A model generated the notes under the pieces. That model searched no databases. It had not been told where the DNA came from and saw only the letters and a list, made by a program, of their open reading frames with translations. From Nitrospira sp. (lineage in GTDB: Bacteria; Nitrospirota; Nitrospiria; Nitrospirales; Nitrospiraceae), in assembly GCA_047150005.1 (NCBI GenBank), contig AP038806.1, positions 3,680,001-3,744,000 of the forward strand: 64,000 nt of DNA, read 5' to 3'. Shown one piece after another: positions 18,552-28,397 of this stretch. A program made the position numbers and the translations under genes. Positions within the stretch are counted from its first letter, which is position 1. Every line of letters starts with the position of its first letter.

Positions 18552-20951
18552 TCACTCCCTTGCCCTGGCCGAAGACGGAACGGAAGGAGCGGACAAGGAA
18601 TCGCCTTGGGCGGCCGACTCGTGACCAAATGCTGCCGGCAGCACTTCTTCGATCCGCTCGACCGGAATGAACGTCAGATCGTCGCGAACCTCCTGGGGAA
18701 CCTCTTTGAGATCCTTTTCATTGGCCTTCGGAAGAATGATCCTCCGGATGCCGGCTCGATGCGCAGCCAATACCTTTTCCTTGATGCCGCCGACCGGCAA
18801 TACCAGTCCGCTCAGGCTGATTTCCCCGGTCATGGCCGTGTCACTCCGCACCGGCTTGCCCACGTAGGACGAGGCCAGTGCGGTCGCCATCGTGATGCCG
18901 GCCGAAGGACCGTCCTTCGGAATGGCTCCGGACGGCACGTGCACATGCACTCCGTTCCGCTTGAATCGTGAGATGTCGAGTCCCATGCCTTCCGCATGCG
19001 ACCAGAGATAGCTGCGAGCGGCACGAGCCGATTCCTGCATCACGTCGCCCAACTGACCGGTCAGGGTCAATTCATGACTGCCGGGCAACAACGTCGTTTC
19101 GATGTACAGCACATCGCCGCCCGTCGGCGTCCAGGCCAGGCCCGTCGCCACCCCTATCGGGATATTCTTCCGAGCTTCCTCAGGCATGAACCGTTCCGAA
19201 CCCAGCCATTCCGGAAGCAACGCCGTCTCCACCGTGACCGGCTCACGCGGCGCGTCGGCGGGCAGGTCGGCGAAGGTCAGCGCTACCTTGCGGGTGAGCC
19301 GCCCGAGCATCTGCTCAAGTTGACGCACTCCGGCTTCTCTCGTATAGCGCGCTATGATGTGATCGAGCACGCCGTCCGGCAGCAATACTTGTTGCTGGTC
19401 GAGTCCGGCTTCCTTAAGCCGTCTCGGCCACAGATAACGGCGGGCGATTTCCGCCTTCTCCCGTTCGCTGTAGCCCTGGACCCGGATGATCTCCATCCGA
19501 TCGAGCAACGGCTGGCTGATCGTATCCAGCGTGTTCGCCGTCGTGATGAAGAACACCTGCGACAGATCGAACGGCAGGTCCAGATAGTGATCGCGAAACG
19601 TATGGTTCTGAGCCGGATCCAGGATCTCCAACAGCGCCGCCGCCGGGTCACCCCGGAAATCGCGCCCCATCTTGTCCACCTCGTCCAGCATCAGTACCGG
19701 ATTCTTGACGCCGGCGCGCCGCATCGCCTGGATGATCCGTCCGGGCAATGCCCCCACGTAAGTCCGGCGATGGCCGCGCAACTCCGCTTCGTCGTGAATG
19801 CCGCCGAGGCTGAACCGTTCGAAGGTCCTTCCCATGGCGCGCGCGATCGATTGGCCCAAGCTCGTCTTGCCTACGCCGGGAGGACCGACGAGGCAGAGAA
19901 TCGGAGCTTTGGCGGAGGGATTCAACTTCAACACCGCCAAGTGCTCGACGATACGCTCCTTGACCTCTTTGATGCCGTAATGGTCCTCTTCCAGGACTTG
20001 CCGTACCTTGGCCAGCTCGAGACGTTCTTCGGAGACCTTGGTCCACGGCAATTCCAGCACGAGATCCAGGTAGGTCCGGAGCACCTGGTGGTCCGGTGAC
20101 GAGGAGGGAACCTTGGCCAGACGGGCCACTTCGCGGTCGACCTCCTTCCGCACGTGCTCGGGGAGCTCCGCTTCTTGGATCCGCTTCTTGAGATCACTCA
20201 ACTCGCTCTCGTCACCCTCGCCCTCTCCGAGTTCCTGTTGGATGGCCTTCAGCTGCTCCCGAAGGATGTACTCCCGCTGATTCTTCCCGATCTTCGCCTG
20301 CGCGTCGCTCGCGATCTTGTCCCGCAGTTGAAGAATTTGGATCTCCTTCGAAAGCGCGGCGTACAGCGACCGGAGCAATTCGATCGTGGACGAACTTTCC
20401 AACAAGGTTTGCTCTTCCTTGACGGTCAGGTTGAGCAGCGACGCCACGCGATAGGCCAGCGTCGCCGGATTCTCCTCTTTGCGGAACGCCGCTGCTGCTT
20501 CCTCGATTCCGGGGGCTTGAATCACGCGCGGCAGATCCGTGAGCAATTCCTGAACGGCGCGTTGGATGGCCTGCACCTCCCGATCCTGATCGCTCGAGAG
20601 TTCCAGGCGGCGTGCCTGGACACGCAGGAAGGGAACGGTCTGGTCGGCCTTGAGCAAGGCCACCCGTTCGATGCCCTGGACGAGGGCGTGGATGGTACCG
20701 TCCTCGGCATTGGCGATCTGCTTCACAATGGCTTTGGTCCCGATCGTATAGAGATCCTCGAGTCCGGGATTCTCGGTCGACGGATCGCGCTGGGCGACTA
20801 CGAGAATCATCTTCTCTTCGGTCTTCAGCGCGGCATTGACCGCTGCGACGGATCGCTCGCGCCCCACGGTCACTGGCATGAGAATTCCGGGAAACAATAC
20901 CGTCCGCTTAATCGGGAGAACCGGCAACGTCAGGGTCAATGTCGTGGTCAT
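18552..20951 (-). CDS. lon: ATP-dependent Lon protease
   Basis: LON N-domain, GPPGVGKT, PKDGPSAG, GGIKEK. Confidence 0.97.
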   Translation of the reverse strand: MTTTLTLTLPVLPIKRTVLFPGILMPVTVGRERSVAAVNAALKTEEKMILVVAQRDPSTENPGLEDLYTIGTKAIVKQIANAEDGTIHALVQGIERVALLKADQTVPFLRVQARRLELSSDQDREVQAIQRAVQELLTDLPRVIQAPGIEEAAAAFRKEENPATLAYRVASLLNLTVKEEQTLLESSSTIELLRSLYAALSKEIQILQLRDKIASDAQAKIGKNQREYILREQLKAIQQELGEGEGDESELSDLKKRIQEAELPEHVRKEVDREVARLAKVPSSSPDHQVLRTYLDLVLELPWTKVSEERLELAKVRQVLEEDHYGIKEVKERIVEHLAVLKLNPSAKAPILCLVGPPGVGKTSLGQSIARAMGRTFERFSLGGIHDEAELRGHRRTYVGALPGRIIQAMRRAGVKNPVLMLDEVDKMGRDFRGDPAAALLEILDPAQNHTFRDHYLDLPFDLSQVFFITTANTLDTISQPLLDRMEIIRVQGYSEREKAEIARRYLWPRRLKEAGLDQQQVLLPDGVLDHIIARYTREAGVRQLEQMLGRLTRKVALTFADLPADAPREPVTVETALLPEWLGSERFMPEEARKNIPIGVATGLAWTPTGGDVLYIETTLLPGSHELTLTGQLGDVMQESARAARSYLWSHAEGMGLDISRFKRNGVHVHVPSGAIPKDGPSAGITMATALASSYVGKPVRSDTAMTGEISLSGLVLPVGGIKEKVLAAHRAGIRRIILPKANEKDLKEVPQEVRDDLTFIPVERIEEVLPAAFGHESAAQGDSLSAPSVPSSARARE

Positions 20952-21066
20952 TGAAATGCCCTCCGCTTTCGAGTGAGCAGACAAGGTTGCATGGCTGCAG
21001 ATAGGGCCTGGCAACGGAAAGTCAACAAGCGGGATGTACTGAAGCAGGGTGGATCATTAACACTGT

Positions 21067-23118
21067 CTAACGATCGACGAAGAGACCGCCATTGTGCGGA
21101 TAGATCACCACCTTGGCGTTGTCCGGTCGCTGGTCCGGAGCGGGGCTTGCTTCGGATGGCAACCGATAGGTGTCGATGCCTCCCAAATCGTAAAAGGCGC
21201 TTACGCTCTTATCATTGGCTCGACCGAAGCCTCCTTTGACGCCGTATTGATCGTTGCCGCCTTCATCGATGAAGAGTCCCCATCCGGAATGGTCTGCGCT
21301 CCCGAGTCCGGTCGATCGATCGAACAGGTACTGGTCTCTGCCTTTGTCGCTGTCGATCATCAGACCGACGGCATGGTCCCACGCCACGCCTCCGTTGTAG
21401 AACGGTCCACTCGATCCGTAGTGATCGTCGCCCCGTCGGTCATTGAAAAGGCCGACCCCGTAATGCGCGGACGAGCCGTGCCCGTACCGCGCGGCGTGAT
21501 ACTCATCGTTCCCGGCGAGATCCAAAAGAACGCCGGCCCCGAAGAAATATCCGTGCCCCTGTGAGAAATTGGCGCTTTCATAGTGGTCCGATCCCGCGAC
21601 GTCGACCAGGAGGCCCCAGCCTCCCGCCGAACTGTAGGCTTGTCGATCGGGTCGCCGGCTCAATACTCTGCCGCCGGATCCCGTTCCGAGTCCGAAGCAG
21701 TCGTATTGAAACATCGGGTCGCCCGGTTTACCGTTAGGGGCCTCTTCTGCATTGTAGGCGCTGGGGTATTTCCCTCCACATTGATAGCGGTCGTCTCCCT
21801 GCACATCGATGACCGCGCCGATTCCGGATGGCCCTCCGAACCCGATTGCAAACGCATGGCTCGTATACCGATCGTTGCCCGCCATGTCGAGCAACAGCCC
21901 CAACCCATGAACGGCCGCTCCCTGGGTCATTCTGGTTCCGACATAGCCGTCGTTGCCCTTGGCATCGAACAGAATTCCGATTCCCGCGAAGCCGGTTCCA
22001 CCGGAGCCCTGCTCGAGCTGATAGGCATCGTCGCCGGCCAGGTCGATCAGCAGTCCCACCCCGAGCCGTCCGACGGCCAACCCGAAGGCACGGCCCTCGT
22101 ATCGATCGTTTCCCGCGACGTCGATCACGACGGCGTTGCCATGGTCCGGATCCGTCGAGGCGGCGATCATGCCGCTGTAGCGATCATCGCCACCGAGATC
22201 GATGACCAGACCGAACCTTGCATCCAACTCATAGGTGTTCGCGCCGAACCCTCCGATCACAATAAGCCCGTAGGAACTCTTCTCGACATAGAGCACGTCG
22301 CCCGTCACGCCGTGCGGAACCTTCTCCTGAGGCAGCGGACGCGATAATGTCCGGGCGAGTTGATGGAGCCAACGCTCATTCGCCAGACGGGCCAGCACCT
22401 GGGCGGCGGCGATGAGATTGGCGTGATCGACACGTTCCTCGATCAATTCCGCGAAGCGCGCGTCATCCTTAAGGGAGGACATGGCCTGCTCGGTCGGATT
22501 GGACACCTGAGGGGTGAACCGTTCGACCAACCGTGACGCGTGGTTGAAAAGAAACGCGCGCTCATCCTCGGTGAGTTCGTTCAACGCCTTGTCACGATGC
22601 TGGGAAGCTTCGGCCAAACTCTCCACCATGAAGGCGATCGCGGCCCCTACCTGGGAGCCGGTCGGCAACGCGATCGCTCTGTGGAACGTCGACGTCCGAT
22701 CCATTCCTGCCTCAAGCACGTCCAGTACGCCGGGGAGATTCACGGCGCCGCCTTCGGCGAGCTCGGCCGCCAACAGCCCATGACCTTCGAGATTGGCAAT
22801 GCCGTCCCACGGTTGTCTCAACGCATCGAGGATCAACCGTCGTTTGAACCGAGCTGGCACGGACTCTCCCGATACGGCCGGCGCGGCACCGTCGCGCTGC
22901 ATCTGTTCAGGCAATCCTTGCACGTCGGGACGGACGGACGGCATGAGGCGCTCGACCACCGACTCCCGCAACGGGCTTCGCGGTTTCGCAGCCGACGCGG
23001 GGGAAAGCATGGACACCATCCCCTGGATCATACCGCAGCCGGAGAGCACCGGCAGCAGGCAAATAACCAAGAGGGTCCGAAACCGCCTGCTTCGACGACG
23101 AATGGGAGCATTAGCCAT
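21067..23118 (-). CDS. Uncharacterised probable lipoprotein with about 12 DxxGxDxY repeats
   Basis: Arg-rich signal ending LSGC; repeats IDLGGDDRY, IDVAGNDRY, IDLAGDDAY and others. Confidence 0.75.
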   Translation of the reverse strand: MANAPIRRRSRRFRTLLVICLLPVLSGCGMIQGMVSMLSPASAAKPRSPLRESVVERLMPSVRPDVQGLPEQMQRDGAAPAVSGESVPARFKRRLILDALRQPWDGIANLEGHGLLAAELAEGGAVNLPGVLDVLEAGMDRTSTFHRAIALPTGSQVGAAIAFMVESLAEASQHRDKALNELTEDERAFLFNHASRLVERFTPQVSNPTEQAMSSLKDDARFAELIEERVDHANLIAAAQVLARLANERWLHQLARTLSRPLPQEKVPHGVTGDVLYVEKSSYGLIVIGGFGANTYELDARFGLVIDLGGDDRYSGMIAASTDPDHGNAVVIDVAGNDRYEGRAFGLAVGRLGVGLLIDLAGDDAYQLEQGSGGTGFAGIGILFDAKGNDGYVGTRMTQGAAVHGLGLLLDMAGNDRYTSHAFAIGFGGPSGIGAVIDVQGDDRYQCGGKYPSAYNAEEAPNGKPGDPMFQYDCFGLGTGSGGRVLSRRPDRQAYSSAGGWGLLVDVAGSDHYESANFSQGHGYFFGAGVLLDLAGNDEYHAARYGHGSSAHYGVGLFNDRRGDDHYGSSGPFYNGGVAWDHAVGLMIDSDKGRDQYLFDRSTGLGSADHSGWGLFIDEGGNDQYGVKGGFGRANDKSVSAFYDLGGIDTYRLPSEASPAPDQRPDNAKVVIYPHNGGLFVDR

Positions 23119-24295
23119 GGAGGTTAACGGACCCTGCATTCCTACGCATCGAGCCTTCGACGATCTTGAACTCATACAGTCGGCACTCGAGAGGGCCATT
23201 ATAAAGAGGGATGCGCCGGGAAGGGCGCAACCCGATCGACTGTTTCAGTCGGGAATCGCCGGTGAAGACATGGACTCGCCAGCCGGCCCATCGCTGCTTG
23301 AGCCGGTCGCCGATCCCGGCATACAGGGCATCCGACCTTTCAGAATGAGCGAGCCGCACTCCGTACGGAGGATTGACGAGCATGACCCCGTGAGAAGCCG
23401 GCGGCTCGAGCGCCAGGAAGTCCCGCTGCCTCACCTTGATATCGATATCTGTGGCCATCCCGGCGGCGTGAAAGAGGCGCCGCGCAATCTGAAGTGCCTG
23501 CTCGTTCTTGTCGGAAGCATAAATGGACAGGGGCGCCGCCGCCAGTTGCCGTGCGCTGGCTGCCTCCCGGATTTTGCTCCATCGCGCTGGATCGTGAGGC
23601 AGAAGCCGTTCGAACGCGAAGGTACGTCTGATGCCGGGAGCGATTCGTCTCGCCATCAGCGCGGCCTCCAAGGGAATCGTCCCGCCGCCGCACATCGGAT
23701 CCACGAACGGCTGTCCAGGCATCCAGCCGCTTAAGAGCACCATGCCGGCCGCCAGATTCTCCCGTATAGGCGCCTCGATCTGGGCAAGCCGATATCCTCG
23801 TTTGAACAATGGTTCCCCCGAGGTATCGAGGTAGAACGTCACCGACTCGGCATCGAGAAACGCGTCGATCCGGACATCCGGTTGGTGCGTGTCGACGCTT
23901 GGCCGTCGGCGACGGACGGCCATGAATTTGTCGCACACGGCATCCTTGATTCGAAGCGTGAGAAAATTCAAGCTGGCAAGCTGACAGCGGCGCGCGCTGA
24001 CTTTCACGCGGATCGTTCGGCCGGGGTCGAACCAATCCGGCCACGCGAGTGCATGGGCGCTGCGATAGACGTCGGCTTCCGTGCGATAGCGCGCGCGTCC
24101 CACTTCCCACAGCACGCGGTTGGCGACACGGCTTTCCAGATTCACGTGATAAAGCGCGTCCCACGGCCCGGTAAACGCGACTCCGCCCTCGGTCGGTTCG
24201 GCCGAGTCGATCCCGACACCGTCGATCTCCTGCTCCAAGACCCCTTCAAGACCACGGGGGCAGGGTGAAAAGAACCGGTGTTTTGTGCTATCCAT
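23111..24295 (-). CDS. THUMP-domain RNA methyltransferase (RlmL-like)
   Basis: CPRGLE, LDTSGEPLFKRGYR, DPMCGGGT, NPPYG. Confidence 0.9.
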   Translation of the reverse strand: MDSTKHRFFSPCPRGLEGVLEQEIDGVGIDSAEPTEGGVAFTGPWDALYHVNLESRVANRVLWEVGRARYRTEADVYRSAHALAWPDWFDPGRTIRVKVSARRCQLASLNFLTLRIKDAVCDKFMAVRRRRPSVDTHQPDVRIDAFLDAESVTFYLDTSGEPLFKRGYRLAQIEAPIRENLAAGMVLLSGWMPGQPFVDPMCGGGTIPLEAALMARRIAPGIRRTFAFERLLPHDPARWSKIREAASARQLAAAPLSIYASDKNEQALQIARRLFHAAGMATDIDIKVRQRDFLALEPPASHGVMLVNPPYGVRLAHSERSDALYAGIGDRLKQRWAGWRVHVFTGDSRLKQSIGLRPSRRIPLYNGPLECRLYEFKIVEGSMRRNAGSVNLHG

Positions 24296-24349
24296 CTCTT
24301 GCGTCCCGCATCACTTGCTCGGCCTTTGTGCTCCACAGGGCTCGATCCC

Positions 24350-24916
24350 ATGAACTTCTGCAGCGCCTGCGGCCACCCTGTCTCCCAAAAGATTCCTGCG
24401 GGAGACAACATGCTGCGGTTCGTCTGCAGCTCCTGCACCGTCATCCATTATCATAATCCCAAGGTTGTCGCAGGCTGTATCCCCGAATGGAATGACCGGA
24501 TCTTGCTCTGCCGCCGGGCGATTGAGCCCAAGTCCGGTCTCTGGACTTTTCCCGCCGGTTTTATGGAGATCGGGGAAAGCACGGAACAGGCGGCCATCCG
24601 TGAAACGGTCGAAGAAGCACAAGCAGAGGTGGCCCTCACCGGGCTCCACTCCGTGCTCAGCCTGCCGCACATCGGCCAGGTGTATCTGGTATTCATCGGA
24701 AAAATGCGATCGGAGCAGTTCGGAGCCGGAGCGGAAAGTCTTGAATCGCGGCTGTTTCACCCCTCGGAGATTCCTTGGGACTACATCGCGTTCACGGTCG
24801 TTAAGGAAGCATTGCGGCGCTACGTCGAGGACCTGGGAAAAGGTGAAATGAGGCTACACGTCGCGACGATTCCCGGAGCTTTGGTCAAGCCGACGCAAGA
24901 AGACGGTCGTTCATAG
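24350..24916 (+). CDS. Nudix hydrolase with N-terminal zinc ribbon
   Basis: MNFCSACG...CSSC...HYHNP; GFMEIGESTEQAAIRETVEEA. Confidence 0.92.
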   Translation: MNFCSACGHPVSQKIPAGDNMLRFVCSSCTVIHYHNPKVVAGCIPEWNDRILLCRRAIEPKSGLWTFPAGFMEIGESTEQAAIRETVEEAQAEVALTGLHSVLSLPHIGQVYLVFIGKMRSEQFGAGAESLESRLFHPSEIPWDYIAFTVVKEALRRYVEDLGKGEMRLHVATIPGALVKPTQEDGRS

Positions 24917-25174
24917 CGACAACGAGGATCGGCGTACGATCGCGTGGATGTCGACCAGTTGGCCGGCGCGGTCGAGTGCATAAAAAATCCGCCATTCGCC
25001 CACCGCGTACTTGCAGAGACCGGGAAAATCCGGGGCCGCAGGCTCATGTCGCAGGTTATCGACATTCGACGCAATCCACTTGGTCTTCTCGAACAACCGT
25101 TGAGCCGCCGGTATCTCGATCGCCGCAAGATCGTCGACGACCGCAGGCTGGAACGACAGGCGATACCAGGGCAT
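24911..25174 (-). CDS. RelE/ParE-fold toxin-like protein
   Basis: 87 aa, YRLSF...DDL...VGEWRIFY; directly downstream of a small partner gene. Confidence 0.7.
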   Translation of the reverse strand: MPWYRLSFQPAVVDDLAAIEIPAAQRLFEKTKWIASNVDNLRHEPAAPDFPGLCKYAVGEWRIFYALDRAGQLVDIHAIVRRSSLSL

Positions 25175-25180
25175 GGGCGC

Positions 25181-25384
25181 CTACCAGCGGAGGCCGAGCC
25201 TGCGCGCGACCTCTTCGCCGGACAAACGTTCGGTATTGACGAGCGACGCCTTGAGCCGAGTCCGCAACGTCTCACCCAATTGCAGGCCGAGATCCGGATC
25301 GCCGAGCAACTCCCGTAGCCGATCGTCGACGATACCGCAGACCAATTCCTTCAGTTGTTGCGGCGAAAGTGAACCGACGTCCAT
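25181..25384 (-). CDS. Putative antitoxin
   Basis: LRELLGDPDLGLQL and C-terminal LSGEEVARRLGL typical of RelE partners; 6 bp upstream of the toxin. Confidence 0.65.
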   Translation of the reverse strand: MDVGSLSPQQLKELVCGIVDDRLRELLGDPDLGLQLGETLRTRLKASLVNTERLSGEEVARRLGLRW

Positions 25385-25433
25385 GCGGGAGAGGATACGA
25401 AGATCATCACGGGATTGCAACGGCGAAGGCGCG

Positions 25434-25760
25434 TCAACGGGGAGGGGCACCGGCCTCGAGCTGTTGAATGATACGGCTCAAGCGAGCTTCGTCCGGCTTG
25501 GCTACGACCAGAAACTCCATGCCGATTCCTTGCGACCCGCACCATCGAATGGCAGCGTTGTCGATCGTGATCGGTGCCGCCTCTCCCGGCATGTGCAGGA
25601 GCAGCGTCACCTGCATGCCGGTGAACGGACTCAACAGACTGTCGACTCGACAGCCCTTCGCCGAAAGGTCGCGGACCGCACCCTTGTGACGAAACTGATC
25701 TTTATGGACGAGCGTGCTGCTCAGCGAAACCGGATATCGTTTAAACTTGCGCGTCACCAT
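25434..25760 (-). CDS. PilZ-domain protein
   Basis: RKFKR and DLSAKG motifs, GIGMEF. Confidence 0.88.
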   Translation of the reverse strand: MVTRKFKRYPVSLSSTLVHKDQFRHKGAVRDLSAKGCRVDSLLSPFTGMQVTLLLHMPGEAAPITIDNAAIRWCGSQGIGMEFLVVAKPDEARLSRIIQQLEAGAPPR

Positions 25761-25927
25761 GAGGCATTCTCTCGTCCTGGGACAATTGGTCGGCGAATCA
25801 CCTGGTGGCAGCCCCTCTTGGGACCGGGCTGAGTCCTCATCGGCATTCAGCAAAGGCTAGACGCGACAGGCCGGATTGTCAAAATTTTTCGCGGTTCGAC
25901 CAGGCTTGGGATACCTATCGCGGACCA

Positions 25928-26404
25928 CTACCAGCGCCGCCCCCAGCGGCCATAGAATCTCGGCCCCCAATAGGGATGGTAGTAGTAGGGAGGTCCATAG
26001 ATCCACGGTCGGCCCAGGTAGAGGCCGAGCCCGACCGGCGGAAAGGCATAGGTGTATGTGTAGGGCGTCGGCACGAGCGTGGTCGTCTGCCGCTGTGAGA
26101 GCTGCCGCTGGAGGTCGGACGTCGCGGCGGCTTGCCGCTCGACTTGGCTCTTCAGTCCCGCTACCGCATCACGTTCAGCCTGCAGCTGCCCCTCCAACTT
26201 TTGGATTTGCTCCCGTTGCTGTTCGATGAACGCATTCATACAACGGGCTTGGGCCTGCTCGCTGTAGTTTGAGCATTCCCACGGCACCGACGTGTCGGCC
26301 GCGTAGGATGCAGCGGCAGTAAGAACCATGCCGAGTAGCCACCCGAATAGTCCTCCTCGCCGCAGGACATCGGAATGGCGGCCCATCACGTTCCTACAAT
26401 CCAC
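25928..26404 (-). CDS. Exported hypothetical protein with coiled coil and Tyr/Pro/Gly tail (true start probably downstream)
   Basis: Signal-like LLGMVLTAAASYA, Gln-rich coil, YGPPYYYHPYWGPR. Confidence 0.6.
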   Translation of the reverse strand: MDCRNVMGRHSDVLRRGGLFGWLLGMVLTAAASYAADTSVPWECSNYSEQAQARCMNAFIEQQREQIQKLEGQLQAERDAVAGLKSQVERQAAATSDLQRQLSQRQTTTLVPTPYTYTYAFPPVGLGLYLGRPWIYGPPYYYHPYWGPRFYGRWGRRW

Positions 26405-26557
26405 GCTTCCTCCTTCGCGCCCTATCCACCTAATACCTTAACATGAGCCGGCGTCCCCAGCCACACCGCGACGCCGCTCTCATCACCCAACTAGTAGAGG
26501 ACGTCGTTTGATTTTGCAGGAGAGGGCCTCATACAATGCCGCCACGGAATACGATCC

Positions 26558-27277
26558 ATGACTCGCCGCACGACGCTCGCACGAGGACAATCCGCTAATC
26601 AAACCTCCAGGGTCAGTCGCAGCCTCAAGCGGCGATTTCAGCTGAGGCTCTTAAAGTGGTATGAGGCGAACGGGAGAGATCTGCCTTGGCGCAACACGGC
26701 GGATCCCTATCATATTCTCGTGTCGGAGGTCATGCTGCAACAGACCCAAGTCGATCGCGTGATCCCGAAATACTACGAGTTTCTCGATCGCTATCCCAGC
26801 TTCCAACATCTCGCCGAAGCGCCGGTAGGGGAGGTCAAGACGACCTGGTATCCCCTTGGATACAATATCAGGCCGGAACGGCTGCACAGCATCGCCTGCG
26901 AAACGGTTGCTCGATATGGCGGTAAACTGCCCAGCGCGGAGGAGGATCTGCTCTCCTTCAAAGGTATCGGACGCTATACGGCCGGAGCGATCAGATCGTT
27001 TGCATTCAACGAAGATGCACCGATCCTCGACACCAATGTCATGCGGGTTCTTCATCGGGTGTTCATCGCCAAGGGGAACCCCAAGACCGGTAAGTCCAAA
27101 CTCTGGGCCTTGTCGGAAGCATTGATCCCGAAAGGCAAGGGCTATGACTTCAATCAGGCATTGATGGACTTCGGCGCCACTTGTTGTACGTCAAGAAATC
27201 CGTCCTGCAGGCCCTGTCCGATGAGGTCGATCTGTAAGACCTATCCGTTCAGCGCCCACAAAACAAGGAACGCATGA
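26558..27277 (+). CDS. mutY: A/G-specific adenine glycosylase, short form
   Basis: RDLPWR, SEVMLQQT, GIGRYTA, LDTNV, four-Cys Fe-S loop; no C-terminal Nudix-like domain. Confidence 0.88.
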   Translation: MTRRTTLARGQSANQTSRVSRSLKRRFQLRLLKWYEANGRDLPWRNTADPYHILVSEVMLQQTQVDRVIPKYYEFLDRYPSFQHLAEAPVGEVKTTWYPLGYNIRPERLHSIACETVARYGGKLPSAEEDLLSFKGIGRYTAGAIRSFAFNEDAPILDTNVMRVLHRVFIAKGNPKTGKSKLWALSEALIPKGKGYDFNQALMDFGATCCTSRNPSCRPCPMRSICKTYPFSAHKTRNA

Positions 27278-27678
27278 AACTCATCGAAGTGGCGGCCGGC
27301 CTGATCTACGAAGATGGTCGATATTTGATCGCTAAGCGCAAGGCCGGGGTCCATTTGGGCGGCCTGTGGGAATTCCCCGGCGGCAAACGGGAGGAGGGGG
27401 AAACCCTGGAAGACTGTCTGAGGCGGGAACTTCTCGAGGAGTTGGGCATTCGCATCGACATACCCATTCCCTTCCGGATCATCAGACACGATTATCGGGA
27501 AAAGACCGTCGAGCTGCATTTCTTTCGATGCGCGATCGAGGCGGGTCGGCCCTCGCCCGTCGATTGCGCCGAGCTTCGCTGGGTCCATCCCTCCGAACTC
27601 GACGAATTCGAGTTCCCTCCAGCCGACCGACCGATCATTGAAGCGCTGCAATATCAGGGGGCGGGGTGGAGCCTATGA
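27274..27678 (+). CDS. mutT: 8-oxo-dGTP diphosphatase-type Nudix hydrolase
   Basis: HLGGLWEFPGGK...RELLEELG, FPPAD. Confidence 0.85.
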   Translation: MKLIEVAAGLIYEDGRYLIAKRKAGVHLGGLWEFPGGKREEGETLEDCLRRELLEELGIRIDIPIPFRIIRHDYREKTVELHFFRCAIEAGRPSPVDCAELRWVHPSELDEFEFPPADRPIIEALQYQGAGWSL

Positions 27679-28391
27679 AGGTGGTCCTGGACATCGAAAC
27701 CATACAGGCGCCCAGAGAGGAATGGGAGCGCCTGCTCGGCAGACAGCCGTGTCAGACGGACCTGGCTTCGGAATCCGACGCCCTGGACCTCTTTTCTGCC
27801 GGCGCGGCAGCGGAGCGCCGGCGCGTAGAGGAAGAACAGTACGCCAAATCCGCCTTCGACGGAACTTTCAGCGCGATCGTCTGCGTCGGACTGCTGGAGT
27901 TTTCGGATCAGTTGGAGCCACGGGGAGCGGTGGCTTGGTACGGGAGCAACGAACGGGAATTGCTTCGCCAATTCTGGTCGCGCGTGGCGCAGGCGCGACC
28001 GTCCTTGTTCATCACTCATAACGGCTTAGGATTCGATTTGCCGTTCATCAAGAAGCGATCAATCATCCACCAGGTGAAGCCGAGCCTGGACATCAATCTG
28101 GCCAAATTTCGGACCGATCCCGTCTACGATACGATGGCGGTCTGGAGCAATTGGGACCAGAGGGGGTGGGTCAAGCTTGATGTGCTGGCCAGAGCCTTGA
28201 ACGTCGAAACAAAATCAGGAAGCGGGGACCAAGTCGCGCAGATGTGGGAGAAGGGACAGGGGCGAGAACTGGCTCTTTACTGCCTGCAGGACACTTTTGT
28301 GACCTATGCCTGTTACTGTCGGATGAATTTCCGCCAGCCCCTGTCCCGTGAAGTCGTGCTCCTTCAACCGGAGCTCATCGACGTCAGGTGA
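27675..28391 (+). CDS. Stand-alone PolB-like DEDDy 3'-5' exonuclease
   Basis: LDIET, HNGLGFDLPF, YCLQD. Confidence 0.82.
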   Translation: MKVVLDIETIQAPREEWERLLGRQPCQTDLASESDALDLFSAGAAAERRRVEEEQYAKSAFDGTFSAIVCVGLLEFSDQLEPRGAVAWYGSNERELLRQFWSRVAQARPSLFITHNGLGFDLPFIKKRSIIHQVKPSLDINLAKFRTDPVYDTMAVWSNWDQRGWVKLDVLARALNVETKSGSGDQVAQMWEKGQGRELALYCLQDTFVTYACYCRMNFRQPLSREVVLLQPELIDVR

Positions 28392-28397
28392 ATCCTC

